A stretch of 64,000 nucleotides of DNA from an uncultured Chloroflexia bacterium (GTDB lineage: Bacteria; Chloroflexota; Limnocylindria; Limnocylindrales; CSP1-4): assembly GCA_963744095.1 (NCBI GenBank), contig CAVUSH010000003.1, positions 90,821 through 154,820 of the forward strand, written 5' to 3'. This document shows, in pieces, positions 19,019 to 28,205 of the stretch. The position numbers and the translations under genes were made by a program. How positions within the stretch are numbered: the first letter of the stretch is position 1; every line of letters starts with the position of its first letter. The notes beneath the pieces are model-generated. The model was given only the letters and a program-made list of their open reading frames with translations, had not been told where the DNA came from and ran no database searches.

Positions 19019-19888
19019 CTACTGGGACTCGGCCTCGGCGACCGGGGCCTCGGGGAGGAGCTCCTCCTCGGCATCCGGCTCGAAGGTGAGCGCCCCGCCT
19101 GCCGCGAGCTGAGCCACGAGGTCGTCGGCGGAGGCGATCTCCTCGATCGCGAATGCTTCCACGAACTCGGGCTCCGGCTCGGGCTCGCGCTCGGACCGGG
19201 CCGCTCGCTCGCGGCCCCCCTCGATTGCCGCGTCGGCGACGAGCTGGCAGAGGAGGCGGATCGCCCGGATGGCGTCGTCGTTGGCCGGGATGATGTAGTC
19301 GATCTCGTCCGGGTCGACGTTCGTGTCGCCGGTGCCGACGATCGGGATCTCGAGCTTGCGGGCCTCGGCCACGGCGATCCGCTCGCGGGCCGGATCGACG
19401 ATGAAGATCGTCCCGGGCAGGCGCTTCATCTTGCGGATGCCACCCAGGGTGAGGCGGAGCTTGCGCAGCTCCTCCATGTGGCGGGCAGCCTCCTTCTTCG
19501 GCATGCGCTCGAAGTCGCCGTTCGCGAGGCGTGCCTCGAGCTGCTCGAGGAGGCCGAGCCGCTTCTTGATCGTGATGAAGTTCGTGAGCATGCCGCCGAG
19601 CCAGCGCTGGTTGACGTACGGCTGGCCGGCCCGATCGGCCTCCTGGGAGATCGGCTCCTGGGCCTGCTTCTTCGTTCCCACGAAGAGGACGGCTTCGCCT
19701 CGCCCGGCGGTCTCGCGGACGGCGGCGAGGGCGACGTCGAGCCGCTGGACGGTCTGGGCGAGGTCGATGATGTGGATCCCATTGCGCTCCGCGAAGATGA
19801 ACGGGCGCATCTTGGGATTCCAGCGGCGGGTCTGGTGGCCGAAGTGGACGCCGGCCTCGAGAAGCTGCCGCATGGAGACGGTGGGCAC
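19019..19888 (-). CDS. rpsB: 30S ribosomal protein S2
   Basis: [24 protein letters not shown] motif. The GTG start at 19888 has a GGAGGA SD 6 nt upstream. The upstream portion of ORF 19019..20524 is spurious. Confidence 0.9.
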   Translation of the reverse strand: MPTVSMRQLLEAGVHFGHQTRRWNPKMRPFIFAERNGIHIIDLAQTVQRLDVALAAVRETAGRGEAVLFVGTKKQAQEPISQEADRAGQPYVNQRWLGGMLTNFITIKKRLGLLEQLEARLANGDFERMPKKEAARHMEELRKLRLTLGGIRKMKRLPGTIFIVDPARERIAVAEARKLEIPIVGTGDTNVDPDEIDYIIPANDDAIRAIRLLCQLVADAAIEGGRERAARSEREPEPEPEFVEAFAIEEIASADDLVAQLAAGGALTFEPDAEEELLPEAPVAEAESQ

Positions 19889-20061
19889 GCGTGGTCCTCC
19901 TGTTCGGTTCGATCCTCCGCGGGCCCCGACCCGGACCGGGCAGCGCGAGCCTCGTGCTCGGCTCCCCGGCACCGCCGGGTTCGGTTGCGGCACCGCGTGT
20001 GAGCTCGTCGCCGCGGGCGCAGCGACGGCGGCTGCCCGAACGGCCGGCAGCCCGGCGGAGT

Positions 20062-20502
20062 CTACCACAGGGGTCCCCCCTCCCCCAGCGCACCGATCCC
20101 CCGGTGGTGGCGCAGCCGCAGCCGTCCCCCGGCGGCAGCCGGCTCCACGGCCACGAGGTCCAGGCGCAGCGGGAGGCCGGGGAGCCGGGAGCCGTCCGCG
20201 AGCGCCCCGCGGGCCACCAGCCCGGCCGCCCCAAGGCGCAGCCGGCGCAGCTTGCGGCCGTCGGCCGTCTCCTCGGGCAGGCCGAACGAACGCGAGCGCC
20301 GCCAGCGAACCTCGACGACCGCCAACGCCGGCGGCGGCCCCGGGTCCACGGCGACGATATCGAGCTCGAGACGGCCGACCCGCACCTTTCGCCCCAGGAT
20401 CCGCCAGCCGGCCGCCGCGAGAGCCGCGGCGACGGCATCCTCCGCCGCGTCGCCCGAGCGCTGGGCCGCCGTGCGCCTCGTCGCCGCTGCTCCCGCGTCC
20501 AT
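20062..20502 (-). CDS. yraN: YraN family (UPF0102) endonuclease
   Basis: [19 protein letters not shown]...ELDIVAV pattern typical of UPF0102. It lies downstream of rnhB, as in many genomes. Confidence 0.7.
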   Translation of the reverse strand: MDAGAAATRRTAAQRSGDAAEDAVAAALAAAGWRILGRKVRVGRLELDIVAVDPGPPPALAVVEVRWRRSRSFGLPEETADGRKLRRLRLGAAGLVARGALADGSRLPGLPLRLDLVAVEPAAAGGRLRLRHHRGIGALGEGGPLW

Positions 20503-20547
20503 CTCCGGAGGCTATCGGGCGCAACGTACCGCGGACTTATCCGGGGA

Positions 20548-21255
20548 TCAGCGCGGTCCGCGGCCCCCGGCAGACACGAGATCGAAGCCCAGCTGCTCGA
20601 CCCCCTCGATGGCGCGTCGCGTCGTGATGAACGAGCGGCGATGGAAGGCAGTCACGCCCAGCATGCTCATCGCCGCGCGATGCTCCGCCGTCGCGTAGCC
20701 CGCGTTGCGTTCCCAGCCGTACCCCGGGTGGCGGGCTGCCAGGCGCGCCATGAGGCAGTCGCGCACGACCTTGGCGACGATCGAGGCGCAGGCGATCGAG
20801 TAGACGTGGGCGTCGCCGTCGACGATGGCGTCGTACGGCCCCACCTCCGCCTCGAACCCCGCGATCGCGAGCCCGTCGACGAGGACATGGTCGTGGCCGC
20901 CCAGCCGGAGCAGCGCCCGCCGCATCGCGAGGTGGGTTGCGTGGTAGATGTTGAGGCGGTCGATCTCGACGACCGATGCCGCCCCGACGCCCACGGCGAG
21001 AGCCCGCCGCCGGACCTCCGGGGCCAGCGCCTCCCGTTGGGCGGCAGTGAGGGTCTTCGAATCGCGGACGCCCGGGATCCGGTGGGCGTTGGGCCGGATG
21101 ATCACGGCGGCCGCGACGACAGGGCCGCACGCGGGGGCCACGCCGACCTCGTCCACGCCCGCCACGCGGGTCGCCCCGGCACGCCAGAGGGCGCGCTCGC
21201 GGCGGAGCGTCGGAACGAGAGGGGCCACGCCGCCAAGGGTACCGGGAATCGGCAC
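20548..21255 (-). CDS. rnhB: ribonuclease HII
   Basis: VAGVDEVGVAPACGPVVAAAVII...DSKTL...VDGL motifs. The start is approximate (GTG at 21255). The upstream portion of ORF 20548..21747 is out of frame. Confidence 0.8.
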   Translation of the reverse strand: MPIPGTLGGVAPLVPTLRRERALWRAGATRVAGVDEVGVAPACGPVVAAAVIIRPNAHRIPGVRDSKTLTAAQREALAPEVRRRALAVGVGAASVVEIDRLNIYHATHLAMRRALLRLGGHDHVLVDGLAIAGFEAEVGPYDAIVDGDAHVYSIACASIVAKVVRDCLMARLAARHPGYGWERNAGYATAEHRAAMSMLGVTAFHRRSFITTRRAIEGVEQLGFDLVSAGGRGPR

Positions 21256-21317
21256 GGCCCCGCCGGATGACGGGGCCGTCGGGTAGCGGGTGCCGGCCGC
21301 CACGGACCGGTCCGCGG

Positions 21318-21665
21318 CTAGCTCGGGCGTCGCTCGCGGAGCGTCGCGGCCTTGCCGACGCGCTTGCGCAGGAAGTAGAGCTTCGCCCGGCGGGCGACCC
21401 CGTGGCGCACGACCTCGATCTTGTCGATGCGGGGGCTGTTGATCTTGAAGGTGCGCTCGACGCCGACGCCGGAGGCGATCCGGCGCACGGTCACGGAGCG
21501 GGTGATCCCTCCCCCGGTGAGGCGCAGGACCGTCCCCTCGAACACCTGGATCCGCTCGCGGGTGCCCTCGACGACCTTCGCGGCAACCTTCACGGTGTCG
21601 CCGGGCGCGAGCTCGGGGATGTCGGTGCGGAGCTGGTCCTTGACGATCTCGTCGAGCACGTTCAC
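21318..21665 (-). CDS. rplS: 50S ribosomal protein L19
   Basis: (V)[26 protein letters not shown]...[29 protein letters not shown] start at 21665. A TATACT -10-like element lies ~95 nt upstream. Confidence 0.9.
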   Translation of the reverse strand: MNVLDEIVKDQLRTDIPELAPGDTVKVAAKVVEGTRERIQVFEGTVLRLTGGGITRSVTVRRIASGVGVERTFKINSPRIDKIEVVRHGVARRAKLYFLRKRVGKAATLRERRPS

Positions 21666-21783
21666 GGAGTTCCCCTGCGTTCTCTGGGAGCGGCCGGGTG
21701 ATTCCGCGTGCCGCGTCGTGGGCGTAGTGAGGCGGTCGTGGGAGCACGACCGACGGCGGAGTATAGCACGGCCTTCGCTCCCA

Positions 21784-22557
21784 TCAGCCGGCGTCGTCGG
21801 CGGGTGCCGTATCCGGCCCGGGCGGGCGGTCGCCGAGCTCCTCGCGGACGTCGGCAAGGAGGCGCTCCTCCTCCGCGCTCCAGGCGCGCTCCACGAGGAG
21901 GTCCGGGCGGCGCTCGAGGGTGCGCCTGATCGACGCACGTAGCCGCCAGCGGCGCACCGCGCCGTGGTCGCCGGAGGCCAGGACGGCGGGCACGCCGCGC
22001 CCCTCGAAGACGGCGGGCCGGGTGAACTGCGGATACTCCAGCAGGCCCCGGGAGAACGACTCGTCCTCGAGCGAGGCCGCCTCGATCGCACCCGGGAGGA
22101 GGCGCAGGACCGCGTCGACCACGACGAGCGCGGCAAGCTCGCCGCCGGTCAGCACGTAGTCCCCGATCGAGAGCTCGAGGTCGACGAGCGCCCGGATCCG
22201 CTCGTCGACACCCTCGTAGCGGGGGCACAGGAAGACGAGGTGGGTCGAGCCGGCGAGGCGCTCCGCGGCGGAATGGCGAAACCGCTCGCCCGCGGGATCG
22301 AGCAGGATCACGAGCGAGTCGGGCCGGCGGAGCGCCGCCAGGGCGCCCGCCACGGGCTCCGGACGGAGGATCATCCCGGCCCCGCCGCCGTAGGGCGCGT
22401 CGTCCACGCTCCTGTGGCGGCCGAGGCCCCAGGTGCGCAGGTCGTGGACCCGAACGGTGGCCAGCCCCTGCTCCTGGATGCGGCCGGGAATGCTGGCGGC
22501 GAGCGGGCCTGCCACCATCTCCGGGAAGAGGGTGACGATGTCGATCTCGAGGGGCAC
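21784..22557 (-). CDS. trmD: tRNA (guanine37-N1)-methyltransferase
   Basis: [14 protein letters not shown]...YGGGAGMIL...[12 protein letters not shown] motifs. Confidence 0.9.
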   Translation of the reverse strand: MPLEIDIVTLFPEMVAGPLAASIPGRIQEQGLATVRVHDLRTWGLGRHRSVDDAPYGGGAGMILRPEPVAGALAALRRPDSLVILLDPAGERFRHSAAERLAGSTHLVFLCPRYEGVDERIRALVDLELSIGDYVLTGGELAALVVVDAVLRLLPGAIEAASLEDESFSRGLLEYPQFTRPAVFEGRGVPAVLASGDHGAVRRWRLRASIRRTLERRPDLLVERAWSAEEERLLADVREELGDRPPGPDTAPADDAG

Positions 22558-22560
22558 GGA

Positions 22561-23265
22561 TCAGCCCTCGGCGGGCGCGTCGGCCGGGGGCGGCGCGTCA
22601 CCGCTCGTCCCCTCGTCGCCGGCCCGAGGCGGGTCGGCGGCCGCCGTCGGCCCGGCGGCGAGCACGGCAGGGCGGCGGCGGGTGGCCCGGCGGGGCCGCG
22701 GAGGACGCGCCGGCGCCGGCGGCCGGACCTGGTCGAGCGGGGTGAGATCGAGTGCGTCGGGATCGGCGACGATCTCGCCCCGCCGCGGCGCGAGGATCCG
22801 GACGAAGGGCCGGATGATCGGGAGATCGAAGTCGCCGCGGGGCCCGCCGACGACCTCGAGCACGTCGGCGCCGCCGGCACGGTAGACGTCGCGCACCGTG
22901 CCCAGCAGCGCCCCGTCGAGGTCGCGAACCGCGACACCGACCATCTCGTGCCAGAAGTAGGCCCCCCGCGGAAGGGCGTCCGTCGGTCCGGCTTCCACCT
23001 CGAGGTAGGCGAGCCGCAGGTGCTCGGCCGCCTCGCGCGTGCCCACCTCGCCGAAGCGCAGGATCCAGCCCGGGTTGGCGGGTCGTGCCTCGACGATCGT
23101 GAGCGCGGTCGCCGATCCCTCGAGATTGAGCCGCGCGCCCACGACGAAGCGCTCCGCGGGTCGGTCCGTCAGGGTCTCGACCCGCACGGCGCCGTGGATG
23201 CCGTGGAGGCCCCGGACCAGCGCGACGACGAGCCGCCCGGCCGGAGCGCCCTCGGCGTCGATCAG
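22561..23265 (-). CDS. rimM: 16S rRNA processing protein RimM; non-canonical or uncertain start
   Basis: PRC-barrel C-terminus. The conserved N-terminal LVVALVRGLHGIHGAVRV is encoded upstream of the first ATG/GTG (23187). A CTG at 23265 overlaps the KH-protein stop (CTGA). Confidence 0.75.
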   Translation of the reverse strand: MIDAEGAPAGRLVVALVRGLHGIHGAVRVETLTDRPAERFVVGARLNLEGSATALTIVEARPANPGWILRFGEVGTREAAEHLRLAYLEVEAGPTDALPRGAYFWHEMVGVAVRDLDGALLGTVRDVYRAGGADVLEVVGGPRGDFDLPIIRPFVRILAPRRGEIVADPDALDLTPLDQVRPPAPARPPRPRRATRRRPAVLAAGPTAAADPPRAGDEGTSGDAPPPADAPAEG

Positions 23266-23495
23266 ACGATCTCCAGCTGGAACTGCTCGCCGTCCCGCGC
23301 GGAGACGACCTTGAGGAGCGTCCGGAGGGCCTTGGCGACGCTGCCGTTGCGGCCGATCACCTTGCCCATGTCGTCCTCCGCGACGCGGAGCTCGATCACG
23401 GTGGCGCCGGCCTCCTGGCTGACGGTGACCTCGACCTGCTCGGGGTGATCGACGAGCGACTTGGCGACGTATTCGACGAGCTGGGGGGCGGCCAT
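23262..23495 (-). CDS. KH-domain RNA-binding protein (YlqC/UPF0109 family)
   Basis: 77 aa with GKVIGRNGSVAKALRTLLK, lying between rpsP and rimM. Confidence 0.85.
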   Translation of the reverse strand: MAAPQLVEYVAKSLVDHPEQVEVTVSQEAGATVIELRVAEDDMGKVIGRNGSVAKALRTLLKVVSARDGEQFQLEIV

Positions 23496-23504
23496 GGCGA
23501 TCCC

Positions 23505-23759
23505 CTACTTCGCGGCCGGCAGGACGCCGGCGTTTCGCAGCAGCCGCTCGACGGTCTCCGTCGGCAGCGCGCCCTTGGCGAGCCAGGCCTTCGTCTTCTC
23601 GACGTCGACCGCGAACTCGACCGGCTCCATCCGCGGGTTGTAATGCCCGAGGATCTCGATGGCGCGGCCGTCGCGGGGCTTGCGGCTGTCGGCCACGACG
23701 ACGCGGTAGGTCGGCTGCTTCGTCGCGCCGACGCGGGTGAGGCGGATGCGTGCTGCCAT
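23505..23759 (-). CDS. rpsP: 30S ribosomal protein S16
   Basis: [42 protein letters not shown] motif. Confidence 0.9.
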   Translation of the reverse strand: MAARIRLTRVGATKQPTYRVVVADSRKPRDGRAIEILGHYNPRMEPVEFAVDVEKTKAWLAKGALPTETVERLLRNAGVLPAAK

Positions 23760-23775
23760 CTGGTGCGGATCCCTC

Positions 23776-25596
23776 CTACTTCGTGAACGTGAGAACGGCG
23801 CGGGACACGGCCGTCGCGCCGGGGGCTTCGGTCACCGAGGCGTACGCCTCGAGCGGCACGAGGAAGGGCTTGATCTCGGTCTCGTAGCGGTCCTTCGCCT
23901 CGGCGGGAATCATCGCCTCCACGCCGGCCCGGATGCCGGCGATGTCGATGAAGAGGTCGCTCAGCCCGTCGCCGCCGGCGAGGGCGATGGCGCGTTCGTA
24001 GACCGGATCCTTGGCCAGCGATTCGGCCGCGCTCGTGTCGACCACGGCCTTGACGAAGTCGATGGTCCCGACGACGAAGACGCCCCCTTGCACCGTCGCG
24101 GCGATCTCCGGAACGGCGGCGCCCGTGGCCTGGGGCGGGATGGTGACGACCAGCAGCGTCCCGTCGCCGTAGGGTTCCTCGCGCGACGCGAGGCCCGCCC
24201 CGGCGCCGCCGAGGGCGAGGAGCGCCTGCAGCTGGTCGAGGGCGCGGCCGGCCGCCGCCTCGTCGGTGACGGTCGCGGCGAGGCCGCCGCCGAAAGCGGT
24301 GCCGTCCACGGTCGCAGCGATCGCGGTGTCGTCGGCCCACCCGGCGAGCGCCTCGGCGCCGCCGACGGCCGCCAGCGCCTGCTCGACCTGGTCAATGGTC
24401 GCGGCCGTCGACGGGTCGCAGGCGAGGGTCGTCTTGAGAGAGTCGAGGGCGGCCACGAGGCCGGGCCCCAGGTCGCGCACTTCGAGGGCAGCCACCGTCG
24501 ACGCGGGGAGGCGCGAGGCGATGGCACTGGCGCTGTTCTTGGCGGTCGAGGTGGCGCCGGCCGTCGAAGCGGTGGCGGTGAAGACGAGGGCGTCGTCCTC
24601 GGCACGGGCGGAACCCGCGGCCCAGGCCGGGATCTTCGCCATCATCGTGTCGAGACACGCCGCCGGCAGGGTCGCCTGCTCCCCGGCCGCGGCGAGGGCC
24701 GCGTCGGTGAACGCCTTGAGGTCCACGTAGCCGTACCCAAGGTAGGCACTCGGCGCGGTCTTGCCGGCCGCGGTGAACGATTCGGAGGACGCGAACGCGC
24801 TCGCGCCTGCCGTGTCGAGGGCGGCCTTCACGGTCTTCTCGGGCCCCAGGATCAGGACGGTGCCGCGGACGGCGAAGGCGAGATTGCTTTTCAGGGGGCC
24901 GCTGACGATGGTGATCTCGCCGCCGGCGTACGTCTCCGTCGTCTGGGAGCCTCCGAGCTCCTTCGAGACCCAGGCCTTGGCGGCGGCGCCGTCCTTCACG
25001 GCGATCAGCACCACGGCCCCGTCGTCGGGCGCCTTCCCGGCATCGGGGCCGTCGAGGGGGTAGACGCCGGTCATCTTCGCGACGTCGAGGGCGGCAGCGG
25101 TGGCCGCGAGCCCGACCTCGCCGTCGACCCACGGCTTGACGTCGCTGGTCCAACTGACGCCGGACCCTTCGAGGATGCGGTTCAGCGCCTCGTCGATCTT
25201 CCCGTCCAGCGAGGCCTGGTCGGCGAAGCCCGGGAACTTCGCGAGAAGGTCGCCGACCTTGGCCCGCTGGTCGCCCGGCAGGTCGGCCCGGATCTCCAGG
25301 TAGGCGACGGTGTCATTCGGAAGCCAGCCCTGGACGGCGGACGCGGCGCCGCCCGCGGCGAGCAACGCGGCCGCCACCGAGACGACGCCGACCATCACCG
25401 CCACGACCAGCAGGGCGACGCCCCAGCGCACGAGGTTCCTGGGGCGGGCGGCCGGCGGGGGCGGCGCGGCCGCTGCCGGGGGTGCCGCCGGCGGCTCGGC
25501 GGCGGTCACGGCACCCGCCTCGACGGGCGCAGTCGGGACCGGCCCGGCGTCACCCGCCGTGGCGCTCGTCCCGGAGACCGGCTCGATCTCGGCCAT
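23776..25596 (-). CDS. hypothetical membrane-anchored Ala/Gly-rich protein (606 aa), function unknown
   Basis: A Pro/Ala-rich N-terminus is followed by one hydrophobic anchor ([29 protein letters not shown]) and then a ~500-aa predicted extracytoplasmic domain. It is inserted between ffh and rpsP. Confidence 0.7.
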   Translation of the reverse strand: MAEIEPVSGTSATAGDAGPVPTAPVEAGAVTAAEPPAAPPAAAAPPPPAARPRNLVRWGVALLVVAVMVGVVSVAAALLAAGGAASAVQGWLPNDTVAYLEIRADLPGDQRAKVGDLLAKFPGFADQASLDGKIDEALNRILEGSGVSWTSDVKPWVDGEVGLAATAAALDVAKMTGVYPLDGPDAGKAPDDGAVVLIAVKDGAAAKAWVSKELGGSQTTETYAGGEITIVSGPLKSNLAFAVRGTVLILGPEKTVKAALDTAGASAFASSESFTAAGKTAPSAYLGYGYVDLKAFTDAALAAAGEQATLPAACLDTMMAKIPAWAAGSARAEDDALVFTATASTAGATSTAKNSASAIASRLPASTVAALEVRDLGPGLVAALDSLKTTLACDPSTAATIDQVEQALAAVGGAEALAGWADDTAIAATVDGTAFGGGLAATVTDEAAAGRALDQLQALLALGGAGAGLASREEPYGDGTLLVVTIPPQATGAAVPEIAATVQGGVFVVGTIDFVKAVVDTSAAESLAKDPVYERAIALAGGDGLSDLFIDIAGIRAGVEAMIPAEAKDRYETEIKPFLVPLEAYASVTEAPGATAVSRAVLTFTK

Positions 25597-25613
25597 GTCG
25601 ACTCCTCCCGGCC

Positions 25614-26933
25614 TCAGCGGCCGAACATCCCGGGGATCCGACGACCCCCGCGGAGCTGCTTCATGAGCTTCTGCATGTCGGTGAACTGCTTGACCAGCCG
25701 GTTGACCTCGGCGATCGAGGTCCCGGACCCGGCCGCGATCCGGCGTCGCCGACTCGCGTTGAGGACATCCGGGTCGCGCCGTTCCTTGGGGGTCATCGAG
25801 CGGATGATCGCCTCGGTCCGCTTCAGGTCGCCCCGATCGACCGAGTCCTGCGCTTCCTTCGCCATCCCGCCCAGCCCCGGGATCATCTCGATCACCTGGC
25901 CCAGCGGGCCCATCTTCTTGACCTGCTGGAGCTGCTCGAGCATGTCCTCGAGGGTGAAGCTCCCCGATTGCAGCCGTGACGCGGTCTTCTCGGCCTGCTT
26001 CTGGTCGAACGCGTCCTGCGCCCGCTCCACAAGCGTCAGCACGTCGCCCATCCCGAGGATGCGCCCGGCGAGGCGGTCCGGGTGGAACGGCTCGAGGGCG
26101 TCCGTCTTCTCGCCCGTGCCCAGGAACTTCACGGGCAGCCCGGTCACGGCACTGATGGAGAGCGCCGCGCCCCCGCGGGCGTCGCCGTCGATCTTGCTGA
26201 GGACCAGGCCCGTGAGGGGCACCGCGGCTGCGAAGGCCTGGGCGACGGCAACCGCCTCCTGGCCGACCATCGCGTCGACCACCAGGAGGGTCTCCACGGG
26301 CCGAACCACCCGGGTGAGCTCGGTGATCTCGGCCATCAGGACCTCGTCGACCGTGAGCCGGCCGGCCGTGTCGAGGATGATCGTGTCGCGGACCTCGCGC
26401 CGGGCCGCCTCGATCCCGAGCCGCCCGATCTCGGGGACGGGGGTGCCCGGCGGCGCCGCGAAGACCGGGATGTCGAGGCTCTTCCCCAGCGTCCGGAGCT
26501 GCTCCACTGCCGCCGGGCGGTAGGGGTCGGCCGCGACGAGCATCGGCCGGCGGCCGAGCTTGACGACGTGGCGCGCGAGCTTGGCCGCGGAGGTCGTCTT
26601 GCCGGATCCCTGGAGGCCGACGAGGGCGACCACCGCCGGGTTGCCGGACAGGTGGAAGGTCCGGTCGCCCGCGGAGAGGAGCGCGGTCAGCTCCTCGTTG
26701 ACGATCCCGACGACCTGCTGGCCGGCATTGAGCGAGTCCAGGACGTCCGCGCCGACGGCCCGCTCGCGCACGCGGGCCGTGAAATCCTTGACGACCTTGA
26801 AGTTGACGTCGGCCTCGAGGAGCGCCAGGCGGACCTCGCGCATGGCGGCCTCGACGTCGGCCTCGCTGACCCGGCCCCGGCCGGTCAGGCTGCCGAGCGT
26901 CTTGCGGAGGCGGTCGGAGAGGGCGTCGAACAT
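25614..26933 (-). CDS. ffh: signal recognition particle protein Ffh
   Basis: 439 aa from MFDALSDRL with an NG domain (GLQGSGKTTSAAKLA, DTAGR) and a Met-rich M domain. The rest of ORF 25614..28181 upstream is out-of-frame ftsY. Confidence 0.9.
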   Translation of the reverse strand: MFDALSDRLRKTLGSLTGRGRVSEADVEAAMREVRLALLEADVNFKVVKDFTARVRERAVGADVLDSLNAGQQVVGIVNEELTALLSAGDRTFHLSGNPAVVALVGLQGSGKTTSAAKLARHVVKLGRRPMLVAADPYRPAAVEQLRTLGKSLDIPVFAAPPGTPVPEIGRLGIEAARREVRDTIILDTAGRLTVDEVLMAEITELTRVVRPVETLLVVDAMVGQEAVAVAQAFAAAVPLTGLVLSKIDGDARGGAALSISAVTGLPVKFLGTGEKTDALEPFHPDRLAGRILGMGDVLTLVERAQDAFDQKQAEKTASRLQSGSFTLEDMLEQLQQVKKMGPLGQVIEMIPGLGGMAKEAQDSVDRGDLKRTEAIIRSMTPKERRDPDVLNASRRRRIAAGSGTSIAEVNRLVKQFTDMQKLMKQLRGGRRIPGMFGR

Positions 26934-27067
26934 GCGGAGGCGAGGGCTCCTGTGGACCGGGATCCCGCGGGGCGCAGGTGCACTCCGGAGGTGGTGCGCG
27001 GGTTCTGGCGACACCGATGGTGCCGAGAGTCTAGCGCATCCCGGCGACGTGTCCTCGGCCGGCGTTC

Positions 27068-28177
27068 CTAGGCGAAGAGCGCAGCCACGAACGCATCGGG
27101 GTCGAACGGCAGGAGGTCCCCCACCTTCTCCCCCACTCCCACGAACCGGACGGGCACGCCGAGGGCGTGCTCGATGGCGAAGACGATGCCGCCCTTCGCG
27201 GTCGAGTCGAGCTTGGTGAGGACGATCCCGGTCAGCCCCGTGGCCTCGTGGAAGGCCCGGGCCTGGGCGAGGCCGTTCTGGCCGGTCGTGGCGTCGAGGA
27301 CGAACAGGACCTCCGGCCGGGATCCCGGCAGGCGGCGGTCGATCACCCGCCGCATCTTGGCCAGCTCGTCCATCAGGTTCGACTTGGTGTGGAGCCGCCC
27401 GGCGGTGTCGGCGATGAGGATGTCGACGCCGCGGGCGACTGCCGCGTCGACCGCATCGTAGATGACCGCCGCTGGGTCGGCGCCTGGAGCGTGGGCGATC
27501 ACCGGGGCACCGGCGCGCTCGCCCCACAGGCGGAGCTGGCCGATGCCTGCCGCGCGGAACGTGTCGCCGGCCGCCAGCAGAACGGTGCGTCCGATCGCCC
27601 GCTCCCGCGCGGCGATCTTGCCGATCGTGGTCGTCTTGCCCGTCCCGTTGACGCCGACGACGAGGATGACGGCGGGCTGCCCCGGTGCGGCGGGCTCGAA
27701 GGTCCAGCCGGGCTCCCGCGGCGCGAGCAGGGCGGCGAGCTCCTCCCGGACACCTGCCTCCGGGCCGGCGGGGTGGCGCCGGGCCCGCGCCCGCTCCACG
27801 ATCTCCATCGCCAGCGTTCCCCCGACGTCCCCCGCGATCAGGATCTCCTCGACTTCCTCCCACGTGGTCGCGTCGAGATCGCCCCTGCCGAGGATCCCCC
27901 GCAGGCGGGCGACGAACCCGACCCGGCTTCGCGCCACGCCGTCGGCGAGGTCGCCCTCCACGATCGGCGCCATGTCCGCGTCCGCCACCAGGGGGCCGAC
28001 GGGCTGGGGGGTCTGCTCGCTGGATGGCGGGACGGCGGGCTCCTCGACGGGCTCGGCGGAAGCGAGCTCTGCCTCCAGCTGCGCCTCGATCTCGGCGTCG
28101 GACCCTGGAGCTTCCTCCTCGGGAGACGCGGCCGTGCCCGGGTCGGGGTCCTCCTGTGGCTTGCGTCGCCAGAACAT
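27068..28177 (-). CDS. ftsY: signal recognition particle receptor FtsY
   Basis: NG domain [15 protein letters not shown]...DTAGR with an acidic N-terminus. The ATG at 28177 has a GGAGG SD. Confidence 0.9.
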   Translation of the reverse strand: MFWRRKPQEDPDPGTAASPEEEAPGSDAEIEAQLEAELASAEPVEEPAVPPSSEQTPQPVGPLVADADMAPIVEGDLADGVARSRVGFVARLRGILGRGDLDATTWEEVEEILIAGDVGGTLAMEIVERARARRHPAGPEAGVREELAALLAPREPGWTFEPAAPGQPAVILVVGVNGTGKTTTIGKIAARERAIGRTVLLAAGDTFRAAGIGQLRLWGERAGAPVIAHAPGADPAAVIYDAVDAAVARGVDILIADTAGRLHTKSNLMDELAKMRRVIDRRLPGSRPEVLFVLDATTGQNGLAQARAFHEATGLTGIVLTKLDSTAKGGIVFAIEHALGVPVRFVGVGEKVGDLLPFDPDAFVAALFA

Positions 28178-28205
28178 GCATCCTCCGTCCGGGTGGGGCG
28201 CGGTG

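Noticed and set aside
19895-19925. tRNA-like T-arm sequence GGTTCGATCC just upstream of rpsB.
   Set aside because: No complementary acceptor, D or anticodon stems can be built around it. It overlaps the rpsB SD and start region, so it is probably coincidental.
25614-28181. 855-aa ORF and 47004..50321 1105-aa ORF that appear as giant N-terminally extended Ffh and PriA.
   Set aside because: The extensions are read-through of the upstream genes (ftsY; gmk) in the wrong frame. Genuine starts with SD sequences are at 26933 (ffh) and ~49487 (priA).
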